DNA of 64,000 nucleotides from Acetatifactor sp. (GTDB lineage Bacteria > Bacillota > Clostridia > Lachnospirales > Lachnospiraceae). Every line of letters starts with the position of its first letter. The stretch's first letter is position 1. The DNA is taken from contig JAZQAT010000064.1 in assembly GCA_045545375.1 (NCBI GenBank), positions 684 through 64,683 on the forward strand, given 5' to 3'. A program made the position numbers and the translations under genes. The notes under the pieces are model-generated. The model did no database searches, was not told the DNA's origin, and saw only the letters and a program-made list of their open reading frames with translations. This document shows positions 49,824 through 58,407 of this stretch, in pieces.

Positions 49824-50525
49824 CTATCTGCACACCCGCATCAAATCTTCTCCCGCTTTCACCCGAGGATTATCACACACAATCACATCCCCGTAATCCT
49901 TAGCCTCCACAACAGTAATCACAACTGACGGATCATACCCTTCTTCCCTAATCCCTTCAATATCGAACTCCAAAAGCGGCTTTCCCTTATTTACCACCTC
50001 ATTCTGCACAATCCTGGAACGATAATGCCGTCCCTCCAGTTCCTCCGTATCAATCCCGGCCCGGATCAACAGCTCAATCCCATAATCTGTCTTAAGCCGC
50101 ATGGCATTCCCGGTAGGATACAGCTTCGTAATCTTCCCTGCCGCCGGAGCATACACCATCCCCTGCTCCGGTACAATCCTCGCTCCTCTCCCGGTTCCTT
50201 CCCGCAGATAACACACCTCCCCTGCCACAGGACTCCCTATAGTCCATCCCAACGCTATCCTTTTCTCCCCCGGCATCCCGGCTTTCTTCCCATTTCTTCC
50301 ATTCCTCTTCCTTCCACTCATTCCTCTCTCTTCTATCCCACCTGTTCCTATCCCATCCACTCCCTTCCCGGTTATTCCATTTCCATCCATCCCAGCCGCA
50401 CTATCACTCCATCCCTCTCTTTCCCCTTGCTCCTCTTCTTTCCCCTTACTCCATCCGAATCTGCCAATCAACAATCCTGCCAGGAAGAACACCGACGAGC
50501 ACCAAACATTCACAACCAAATCCAT
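49824..50525 (-). CDS. Membrane-anchored PTS EIIA(Glc)-like protein lacking both active-site histidines
   Basis: N-terminal TM, Gly/charged linker, then VYAPAAGKITKLYPTGNA..G.ELLIRAGIDT..LEG..G..LLEFD; start behind GAGGTG. Confidence 0.75.
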   Translation of the reverse strand: MDLVVNVWCSSVFFLAGLLIGRFGWSKGKEEEQGEREGWSDSAAGMDGNGITGKGVDGIGTGGIEERGMSGRKRNGRNGKKAGMPGEKRIALGWTIGSPVAGEVCYLREGTGRGARIVPEQGMVYAPAAGKITKLYPTGNAMRLKTDYGIELLIRAGIDTEELEGRHYRSRIVQNEVVNKGKPLLEFDIEGIREEGYDPSVVITVVEAKDYGDVIVCDNPRVKAGEDLMRVCR

Positions 50526-50668
50526 AAAAGCCACCTCTTTCCTTCTTTCCAAATAATTTCCGCCAAACTAAATTATTTTATACATTCTCCTACACATTCT
50601 TTTATATTCTTACATACTTAATGCGGAATAATTACTGTTCAGAACCCTTTAAAATATTCAAAAAATTG

Positions 50669-50698
50669 TTGACACACCGCCCACCCCGGTGGTATACT
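50669..50698 (+). promoter_or_regulatory. sigmaA promoter of cold-shock gene
   Basis: TTGACA -18 nt- TATACT with extended TGn. Confidence 0.7.
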
Positions 50699-50858
50699 GC
50701 AACTGTATTCTAAATGAAAGTCATTGAACTCACATATTTTTGTAAGTCATTGTTACTTTTAATGATGGTTTACAAAAATATGTGATTTTTTATGTCCTAC
50801 GTTTTAGAATCACCAACATTAACGGGATTTTTGTCCCATTCCCAAGGAGGAGATTATT

Positions 50859-51074
50859 ATGAATAACGGTACAGTTAAGTGGTTCAATGCTCAGAAGGGC
50901 TACGGTTTTATCACCAACGATGCTAACGGCGAGGAAGTATTCGTACATTTCTCAGCTATCAACGCTCAGGGCTTCAAGTCTCTGGAAGAAGGTCAGAAAG
51001 TTACTTTCGAAACAGAGTGTGATCCTCAGAACAGCAGCAAGGTTCGCGCTACCAACGTTACTGTTGTAGCTTAA
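50859..51074 (+). CDS. cspA: Cold-shock protein
   Basis: GTVKWFN, RNP1 KGYGFI, RNP2 VFVHFS; AAGGAGG RBS. Confidence 0.96.
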   Translation: MNNGTVKWFNAQKGYGFITNDANGEEVFVHFSAINAQGFKSLEEGQKVTFETECDPQNSSKVRATNVTVVA

Positions 51075-51092
51075 TTGCATCAGACGAATCCG

Positions 51093-51126
51093 GACCGGTA
51101 AGGGATACTTACCGGTCACTTTCTTC
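51093..51126 (+). terminator. Intrinsic terminator
   Basis: gaccggtaag-ggata-cttaccggtc followed by T-rich tract. Confidence 0.75.
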
Positions 51127-51129
51127 TTA

Positions 51130-51158
51130 TTGACAAATTTTACCATTTAGTATATGAT
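51130..51158 (+). promoter_or_regulatory. sigmaA promoter of mntP leader
   Basis: TTGACA -17 nt- TATGAT. Confidence 0.75.
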
Positions 51159-51175
51159 AGATTCACTTGTGTACA

Positions 51176-51330
51176 TCCTGTGAGGGAGTAGTTGGCGGCA
51201 ATAACCGCGATAATGTCAACATAATGATGCATCGCGCATCTGGCATTATCTAGGCATCATCCTTGATTTTCCATAGAATATAAGACTTGATATGGGGATT
51301 GAAAGGGAATGTGATAATGAGACTCATGGA
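51176..51330 (+). ncRNA. yybP-ykoY manganese riboswitch
   Basis: GAGGGAGTAG at the 5' side, TGAGACTCA at the 3' side, GTCAACATA L3-like loop, directly upstream of mntP. Confidence 0.85.
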
Positions 51331-51369
51331 CAATAGCGGCTCATGCCGTTTATTGTCTGTGAGTTTTTT
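51322..51369 (+). terminator. Riboswitch expression-platform terminator
   Basis: actcatggacaata...tattgtctgtgagt-ttttt; overlaps the 3' strand of aptamer P1. Confidence 0.8.
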
Positions 51370-51392
51370 GTTTACTTGAAAGGAGAAAAATA

Positions 51393-51956
51393 ATGAGTAC
51401 TTTTAGTTTGTTCATCATCGCTGTGGGATTATCTATGGATGCTTTCGCAGTTTCTATCTGTAAGGGTCTGGCCATGCAAAAGATTTCTCTGAAAAAAGCC
51501 GGTATCGTAGGCTTATGGTTCGGTGGATTTCAGGCACTGATGCCATCCATCGGCTATATACTGGGAATCCAGTTCGAAAGCTACATAACCTCCATCGACC
51601 ACTGGTTTGCCTTCGTATTACTGTCTCTGATTGGTATTTCTATGATCAAAGAAGCTATGGGTAAAGAGGAAGAATGTCATGATGACTCCCTTGGTATAAA
51701 AACCATGTCCCTGCTGGCCGTTGCTACCAGTATTGATGCCCTGGCTGTAGGCGTTACCTTTGCTTTCCTGCAAGTAAATATTGTCCCCGCAGTAAGCTTT
51801 ATCGGTGTCATCACATTCCTTTTATCCATGGTAGGTGTAAAAGTCGGCAATGTATTCGGTGTCCGTTACAAATCCAAAGCTGAACTGGCTGGCGGAATCA
51901 TCCTTATTCTTATGGGCATCAAGATTCTGCTGGAACATCTCGGAATTCTGGGCTAA
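51393..51956 (+). CDS. mntP: Manganese efflux pump MntP
   Basis: [40 protein letters not shown]. Confidence 0.95.
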   Translation: MSTFSLFIIAVGLSMDAFAVSICKGLAMQKISLKKAGIVGLWFGGFQALMPSIGYILGIQFESYITSIDHWFAFVLLSLIGISMIKEAMGKEEECHDDSLGIKTMSLLAVATSIDALAVGVTFAFLQVNIVPAVSFIGVITFLLSMVGVKVGNVFGVRYKSKAELAGGIILILMGIKILLEHLGILG

Positions 51957-51974
51957 GTAAATTTTTCTACAAAT

Positions 51975-52014
51975 ACAGGGCTGCCTGCAAATTGATATCT
52001 GCAGGCAGCCCTGT
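51975..52014. terminator. Bidirectional terminator
   Basis: acagggctgcctgca...tgcaggcagccctgt. Confidence 0.8.
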
Positions 52015-52021
52015 TTGGCAT

Positions 52022-53599
52022 TTACCCTTCTACTGTTTCCATTCTGTAAAAGCACAGAGACGCTACGGTCATGAAAATAGCCGTTTCTCCTGTTAAGAGT
52101 ACTGTTATCATGATATAAGCCAGATTCAGGCCTCCCACCATCATACCAAGGATGCCTCCAATGACAGCCACTGTAATGGCGATTCCCATAAGGAACAGCT
52201 GAAACATCTGTTTTCCGACCTGTCCCAGAACGTTGCCCACTGCAATCTCAGCCACCGCAAGGATGTAAAGTTTACAGGCATTCAACATCACAAACATAAG
52301 AATGGACAATCCTATCGTCAAAGGGGACTGCCCTATGACAATTCCGGCAGGCACCGCCAGAAGCGTACCGTTCACAATTGCCTGAATATGCTGTATTGCA
52401 GTTGCATACCACAGTTTGTTAAAAGCGTTGTCGGGAATCAGAAAGGTATAAGGCGATTTTAACTCTACACCCCATTTTCCGCTCAGTGTAGTAAATATAA
52501 AGACCACATAAGCCATGACCATCGGAATCATGAAACCGGTCAAGTCTCCGAAACCACCTTCGGAATGATACAACCAGGCTATAAAAATACTTCCGCCCAG
52601 GCAGAATAACGTTGTCATATCAAAGAAAAAGAAACGGTTCTTCTTATATTCCAGCAGTTGGCGATAGAAAATAGCTTTGGCTCCACTTCCTCTATAGGAA
52701 ACAGCTGCCTTGCCGAAGCGCTTCTTCTTCCCGATCCTTAAATCACTGCGGCCCCGTCTGCGGTTTACCAGCAGTTCTTCATAGTCATCTGCAAACTTCA
52801 TGGCATCTTCATAATACTCTCCTGTACACTTCATCCGAAGCGCCCCAAGCAGCACCACCACAAGCAGCACCAGATACAGTGCACTACAGATAACATTCAC
52901 AACCGTGGGACCCGTAAACAGAAGATGAATCACTGCCGTATACCATCCGATGACAGGCACCATCTGTACAGCATCACTGTGAAGATATCCCAGGACAAAA
53001 TCCCACGACAATCCTTCTTTGGAATACCCCACCGCTGCAATCAGAACCAGAATTGCCACCAGCCCATAAGCAGACTTTACCACCAGTGCACGCCCTTTTT
53101 CGTCCAGCCTCTGATTTCCATAGCAAAGCAGCATGATTCCGCTCTCCAACAGATTCTCTACTATTACAGAAAAAAGAAAATACAAGACCATCTGCCACCA
53201 GGTCACCCTGAAAATATAGGCACCTCCTACTGCCACTGCCAGATTCAGGAACAGATTGACAAACAGATTCTTCACATGGGCATATAACAGCACTTTCTTG
53301 GGACTGATAGGGGATGTAAACAGGAAATGCGTATCACTCTTTCGGAATAACAGCCCTTTCCGTTTCGCATAAGCAATCAGGTTAGCAGGTATGACCCAAA
53401 AAGCAAATGCAGTAAGCACTGCCGCCATCCCCTCCGGATTATCCATATGAAACTCACTGAACATGGTTTTAAAAGAATAAGGAATCATGAACAGATACAG
53501 GATAATAAACGCCAGATATACATAAGTCACCGGCTTACGGATTGCCTTTCGCAGCCGGTTGCGGAAAATATGCCTGTAGAGATACAGAATGGCACTCAT
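52022..53599 (-). CDS. Putative ABC exporter membrane subunit
   Basis: Polytopic; FLFTSPISP, YYEDA motifs; coupled to ABC ATPase gene. Confidence 0.75.
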   Translation of the reverse strand: MSAILYLYRHIFRNRLRKAIRKPVTYVYLAFIILYLFMIPYSFKTMFSEFHMDNPEGMAAVLTAFAFWVIPANLIAYAKRKGLLFRKSDTHFLFTSPISPKKVLLYAHVKNLFVNLFLNLAVAVGGAYIFRVTWWQMVLYFLFSVIVENLLESGIMLLCYGNQRLDEKGRALVVKSAYGLVAILVLIAAVGYSKEGLSWDFVLGYLHSDAVQMVPVIGWYTAVIHLLFTGPTVVNVICSALYLVLLVVVLLGALRMKCTGEYYEDAMKFADDYEELLVNRRRGRSDLRIGKKKRFGKAAVSYRGSGAKAIFYRQLLEYKKNRFFFFDMTTLFCLGGSIFIAWLYHSEGGFGDLTGFMIPMVMAYVVFIFTTLSGKWGVELKSPYTFLIPDNAFNKLWYATAIQHIQAIVNGTLLAVPAGIVIGQSPLTIGLSILMFVMLNACKLYILAVAEIAVGNVLGQVGKQMFQLFLMGIAITVAVIGGILGMMVGGLNLAYIMITVLLTGETAIFMTVASLCFYRMETVEG

Positions 53600-54318
53600 T
53601 ATTCAACTCCCCCTTCTGCCTCCGGGCGCTTTGCCTCCGTCACAGAGAAGAACAACTCCTCCAGGTCTTCATTTCCCACATCTTCTCTTGTATAGCTTCC
53701 CAGAATACGCCCCTTATTCATGACAAAAGTAACATCCCACAACTCCTTAACCATCTCCAGCATATGAGTACTGATCAGCACAGTCACCCCCTGCGCCTTC
53801 AGTTCCGTTACCACCTGCTTCAATTCCTTGATAGCCGCAGGGTCTAATCCCACCATGGGCTCATCCAGCAGAATCACCCGGGGCTTGATAATCAGGGCAC
53901 AGCAGATGCTCACCTTCTGCATCATTCCCTTGGAAAGCTCGTTTCCCAGCTTATCCTGCTTATCCAAAAGTTCAAACCGACTAAGCAGCTGCTCTCTCTC
54001 CTGCTGTGTCACAGCCACGCTATAGGCGCGTTCCATAAATTCCAAATGTTCTCTTACGGTAAGCGCTTCATACATGTTAGGTATCTCCGGCACATAGGCA
54101 AATATCTTTCTGGCTTCTATGCCTCTGGCATCTTTCCCCTGGATTCTGATATTACCGTCATAACGCACCAGCCCCGCAATACTTTTGATTACTGTAGATT
54201 TTCCCGCGCCGTTGGGACCAAGCAGAATTCCCACCGTCCCGTCCGGTACCTGAAAGCTGACACTATCCACAGCGAGCAGCTTTCCGTATTTTTTCGATAC
54301 TTCTATTACCTCTAACAT
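53599..54318 (-). CDS. ABC transporter ATP-binding protein
   Basis: GPNGAGKS, LSKGMMQK, LLDEP, STH. Confidence 0.93.
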   Translation of the reverse strand: MLEVIEVSKKYGKLLAVDSVSFQVPDGTVGILLGPNGAGKSTVIKSIAGLVRYDGNIRIQGKDARGIEARKIFAYVPEIPNMYEALTVREHLEFMERAYSVAVTQQEREQLLSRFELLDKQDKLGNELSKGMMQKVSICCALIIKPRVILLDEPMVGLDPAAIKELKQVVTELKAQGVTVLISTHMLEMVKELWDVTFVMNKGRILGSYTREDVGNEDLEELFFSVTEAKRPEAEGGVE

Positions 54319-54349
54319 AAATACTCCCTTCTGTGCAGTCCGCTTGCAA

Positions 54350-55159
54350 CTATAAAATCAGTATCCTAACCCCATACAGTACTAACAGATGCAGCGGATA
54401 AAACAAATAAAATATATACTTAAGCTTAAGTCCTCTTTCCCCGTTATAAAAGGATATGGGCACAAATCCAAGTGGTGCCAGCAGCTCCGACAGACTTCCG
54501 TGACACAGATAGTCTCCGCCCACAAAAGCAATAGAACCGGCCAATATCTGTCTCTTCCTGTTCCCCCTGAAGAGATATAACACTGTAATACACAAGACTC
54601 CATATCCGCCATAATCCGTGCAAAGCAAGTCCGCGGTCAGCATTCCCACAAATAGGATTCCGATATCCAATATACCGGTTATCCACTTGTTCACATTGCA
54701 CAACTTCACTTTCTCCACACCTATCATTACCGCAAGGCCCAGAAACAGGGTAAAGAATACATTCTGATAATTGGTACTTAGCCAGGTATCCGCAAGTGCC
54801 AGGTCGAACGGTATCTCTGACACGATTGCGAAAAGAAGCAGCCGCCCTGCATAACGGTATCTGTTTGAAGTCTTCTGAAACCCTTCTATCAGAAGAAAAC
54901 AGTAAATGGGAAATGCAATTCTCCCAATGGTCAGCCTCATGACCTGGTCTATAGTGTACAACTTAGCAATACCGGTCAGCCCACTGTAAGTCATCGAATT
55001 ATTAATGATAATGGGTTCCAATATAACAGCTCCGACATGGTCAATCAACATGGCTGCCAAAGCAATCAGTTTCAATGTACTGCCGGTAATACCTCTTTTT
55101 GTATGTACCTCTATATTATTCAATTCTCTTTCCTCCCGGGATTCTTCCAAATAATACAA
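54350..55159 (-). CDS. TraX family membrane acyltransferase
   Basis: LKLIA..AMLIDH, GRIAFPIYCFL..EGF..T, SEIPFDL, QNVFFTL, YNGERG, FYLFYPLHL. Confidence 0.88.
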   Translation of the reverse strand: MYYLEESREERELNNIEVHTKRGITGSTLKLIALAAMLIDHVGAVILEPIIINNSMTYSGLTGIAKLYTIDQVMRLTIGRIAFPIYCFLLIEGFQKTSNRYRYAGRLLLFAIVSEIPFDLALADTWLSTNYQNVFFTLFLGLAVMIGVEKVKLCNVNKWITGILDIGILFVGMLTADLLCTDYGGYGVLCITVLYLFRGNRKRQILAGSIAFVGGDYLCHGSLSELLAPLGFVPISFYNGERGLKLKYIFYLFYPLHLLVLYGVRILIL

Positions 55160-55327
55160 CGTTCAGCGCATTTCCTTTGTATTATTTAATTAATACAATA
55201 ACTCATTCTTATGCAAAAGTCAATCCTATATTATGCACGAATCGTTCATTTAACGTGCAATGCTTGTCACGCAAAAAGAAGAACTGTTAAGCGTATTACA
55301 TGTGCTTTCCGGTTCTTCCTTTGTCTC

Positions 55328-56041
55328 TTATCCTATTTTATATCCGGTTCCCCACACTACCTTCAGATAACGCGGCTCCTTGGGATTACGCTCGATTTTT
55401 TCACGAATATGACGGATATGTACTGCTATGGTATTGTCCGCACCAATGGCCTGCATGTGCCAGATAGACTCATAAATCTGACTGATGGACAGTACTTTGC
55501 CTCTCTCCTGCACCAATAGTCTCAGTATCTTATATTCAATGGGGGTCATCTTAACTTCCTTGCCATCTACCGATACTTTACGCCTCATATCATCTATGAC
55601 CAGTTCATCTACTTTATAGATTCTGTCGATATTAGCACATACATTTACCAGCTGGGTATAGCGGCGAAGCTGAGATTTCACTCTTGCCAGGATTTCCAGA
55701 GGATTACAGTTTACAGTAACATAGTCGTCTGCTCCCGCATTCAGCGCCAAAATCTTCGTACTTTCCGCTGCATCGGCTGATACTATAATTATAGGCACGC
55801 TGCTCCTCTTTCTGATATCTGCGATCATTTCAATTCCGCTGCTAAAGCCCTTATCAGGGAATTCCACATCCATCATCAGAAGATGAATGTTCTGCTCCTC
55901 CAACGCTTCTATAAGTTCCGTGTAGTCCCCCACTGCTGTCACACGAAATCCTTCCCCCGTGAATAATGGACTCATGCTCTCAACAATCCCCGTACTGTTG
56001 TTATACACCAGTATGCCGTTTACCGTACTGTTACTCATCAA
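55328..56041 (-). CDS. OmpR-family response regulator with atypical receiver, no adjacent kinase
   Basis: Winged helix TPIEYKIL, NTIAVHIRHIREKIE, VWGTGYK; degenerate receiver motifs. Confidence 0.88.
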   Translation of the reverse strand: MMSNSTVNGILVYNNSTGIVESMSPLFTGEGFRVTAVGDYTELIEALEEQNIHLLMMDVEFPDKGFSSGIEMIADIRKRSSVPIIIVSADAAESTKILALNAGADDYVTVNCNPLEILARVKSQLRRYTQLVNVCANIDRIYKVDELVIDDMRRKVSVDGKEVKMTPIEYKILRLLVQERGKVLSISQIYESIWHMQAIGADNTIAVHIRHIREKIERNPKEPRYLKVVWGTGYKIG

Positions 56042-56109
56042 TGGTTCTCCTTTCTGTCTACGATTCCCTTATTCTCCTCATGTGAGCCTGATACCTCAAT
56101 ATAATATCC

Positions 56110-56958
56110 CTACTCTACAAAATAAATACTAACATCCAATTGTTTCAAAACTGCATCAACTTCATCATTTTTATACCCTGAAAAGCTAAAAGTTAAATTT
56201 CTTCCTTTCACAGAGATTGCGGCATGGGTAGAAATAACCTCTTCTCCCTCCACAGAATCAAATACTTGATATACCAGCCCCTGTTCGTTAGTAACTTCTC
56301 TCTCGTTGGCCGCCTCCCCGGTAAATACGGTACTGGACGCATAACTGGGATATTCTCTGTTGTCTGTCTGCCGCATATCGAATCGCTTCTCTCCAAAATT
56401 CACGGAGACATACACCATCTGCAAAATATCTGTAATGACTACCCGCTGACTTTCGATATCTTCTGCCGGGCCAAGCCATGTAAGATCCGGGATAGCAATG
56501 ACTACATCCTCATTTTGCCTGAACGCTTCCACAGAATCATATTCACGTTCTTCAACTGTCTCTGTTTCACAATCCACTGTCTGCTGTTCACCACCATCTT
56601 CATCCTGATTTCCTCCATAAGCTGCGATTCCACCTTCCTGAGGTCCTGCTTTAAAAGAAGCAATTTCCGGCATACTCTCCCTCTCGTCAAAGGCTTCAGC
56701 TCCCTCTCCCAGGAAAGCAAATCCGTTCCTCTCCACCTTTATCCTGCCGGAATGATAATTGACAGCAGTTACTGTGCCCACACTACACAGAAGGAACAGA
56801 CATGCTGCCGAAGCCACAGAGATAATCATCTTACGCCTTCTTTCAGCCACCATCCTGCGATGGTGAAGTTCATCCTTTACTCTGTCGGCATCCATATGAA
56901 ATTCAGGTAATTCACTAACTGACTTGCTGTATTCTTCCCTGAAATTACGCAAAATCAT
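56110..56958 (-). CDS. Probable anti-sigma factor (single TM)
   Basis: Overlaps ECF sigma stop; short cytoplasmic N-terminus, RRRK then TM, acidic C-terminal domain. Confidence 0.6.
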   Translation of the reverse strand: MILRNFREEYSKSVSELPEFHMDADRVKDELHHRRMVAERRRKMIISVASAACLFLLCSVGTVTAVNYHSGRIKVERNGFAFLGEGAEAFDERESMPEIASFKAGPQEGGIAAYGGNQDEDGGEQQTVDCETETVEEREYDSVEAFRQNEDVVIAIPDLTWLGPAEDIESQRVVITDILQMVYVSVNFGEKRFDMRQTDNREYPSYASSTVFTGEAANEREVTNEQGLVYQVFDSVEGEEVISTHAAISVKGRNLTFSFSGYKNDEVDAVLKQLDVSIYFVE

Positions 56959-57454
56959 ATTCCTCCTTTAATATCTTTCTAAGCAGTTCCCTCCCTCTGG
57001 TCAGCTGGGAAGTTACCGTTGACTCCTTACGGCCCGTTGCCACTGCAATCTCTCTCACAGACATTTCCTCATAGTAAAACAGGTGAATCACATCCCGATA
57101 CTTTGCCGGCAATGTCCCTACCGCCTCTAAAAGCATCCGGCTTTCAACCGCAGCCACAAGATTCTCTTCCGGCCCCGGTTGGGAACTATCATCTGCAAAA
57201 TTCTCATATAAAACCACATCTTCATCACTTCTGTGACGACTCCAGGCACTGCGCCATACTTTATGACAGGCATTCAATGTCACCCTGATCAGCCAGGCCT
57301 TCTCATGTTCACCATCTGAGAATCCTTCTGTTCTCTTCAAATACTGATAAAAGACCTCCTGAACCACATCTTCGGCATCCTGGACACTTTTAAGTCTCAA
57401 ATATGCTATCTTAAAGAGCATATCCGAATACTGATCAATTATTAATTGTGTCAT
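56945..57454 (-). CDS. ECF RNA polymerase sigma factor
   Basis: DAEDVVQEVF, KAWLIRVT.N, LPAKYRDVIHLFYYEEMS..EIA, TVTSQLTRGR. Confidence 0.93.
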   Translation of the reverse strand: MTQLIIDQYSDMLFKIAYLRLKSVQDAEDVVQEVFYQYLKRTEGFSDGEHEKAWLIRVTLNACHKVWRSAWSRHRSDEDVVLYENFADDSSQPGPEENLVAAVESRMLLEAVGTLPAKYRDVIHLFYYEEMSVREIAVATGRKESTVTSQLTRGRELLRKILKEEYDFA

Positions 57455-57568
57455 TTTACTCTTCCGTTTTGCGCTAAACGTTATCTCTACTTATAACATC
57501 CCACAGCTTATTATTTTACTGCAAAATTTCTTAATATTTTCAGGGAAATTTTGTACTTCTATCTATAA

Positions 57569-57595
57569 GACGCTAAATGCCCCTTTATAGTTTCA
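57569..57595 (-). promoter_or_regulatory. ECF-type (probably autoregulatory) promoter
   Basis: TGAAAC -17 nt- CGTC on the minus strand upstream of the sigma gene. Confidence 0.65.
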
Positions 57596-57642
57596 ATAAA
57601 TCCGATGTTTTATAAAAATTTTATATTTAAAAGAGGTATACA

Positions 57643-58380
57643 TTAGTAGTATACCTCTTTCAGCATGAGACCTTTAGATGGAACAAGTGGTCCTGCCTCC
57701 TCACGACTCTTCGCAGCTATCAGTTCCGGTATAGATGCAGCAGTTCTTCTTCCCTCTCCCACTTCCAATAAAGTTCCCATCAGTATTCTTACCATGTGAT
57801 ATAGGAAGCCGTTACCCCGGAAAGTAAATGTGATAAGATTTCCTTCCTGCACAATGTCTATACTATCAATGCGCCGTACCGTTGACTTCTTTCCTTTCTT
57901 CGTAGAAGTAAACGATTTAAAATCATGTTCTCCCAAAAAACCGGAAGCAGCTTGCCTCATAGCTTCTATGTCAAGTGTCTGCGGGTACTCCAGCGCATAT
58001 CTTCTCAGGAATACATTCGGCACCGAACTGTTCCATACACGATACTGATAACATTTTCCTGTTGCATTCAGTCTGCTGTGAAAACGCTCTGCAGCCTCCG
58101 TCACCTGTACTACTGCTATATCCTGTGGAAGATAAGTATTAATATATTGTAACATTTCCTCTGTTGACAGAGCGCTATTGGTATGAAAATTGGCCACCTG
58201 ACCCATGGCATGAACTCCGGCATCGGTTCTGCCGCTGCCCTGCAGCTCAACCTTTTCACTGCACATCTGGCTGAGCAGCTTTTCCAGACGTCCCTGAATC
58301 GTATTTTCTGAAGACTCCTGACGCTGCCATCCCTGGTAACGCGTTCCCTCGTACTGAATCAGCAAACGGATATTTCTCAT
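57643..58380 (-). CDS. truA: tRNA pseudouridine(38-40) synthase
   Basis: YEGT.YQGWQ, GSGRTDAGVHA, GEHDF, GFLYHMVR. Confidence 0.95.
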   Translation of the reverse strand: MRNIRLLIQYEGTRYQGWQRQESSENTIQGRLEKLLSQMCSEKVELQGSGRTDAGVHAMGQVANFHTNSALSTEEMLQYINTYLPQDIAVVQVTEAAERFHSRLNATGKCYQYRVWNSSVPNVFLRRYALEYPQTLDIEAMRQAASGFLGEHDFKSFTSTKKGKKSTVRRIDSIDIVQEGNLITFTFRGNGFLYHMVRILMGTLLEVGEGRRTAASIPELIAAKSREEAGPLVPSKGLMLKEVYY

Positions 58381-58407
58381 TTTCTATTCCTTTCCGACTT
58401 TTTCCGG

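Noticed and set aside
50025-50621. 198-aa Pro/Ser-rich plus-strand ORF
   Set aside because: By-product of the C/T-rich strand opposite the EIIA-like gene
54350-55159. traX as evidence of a conjugative element
   Set aside because: No relaxase, T4SS, integrase or att-like ends; neighbours are chromosomal genes
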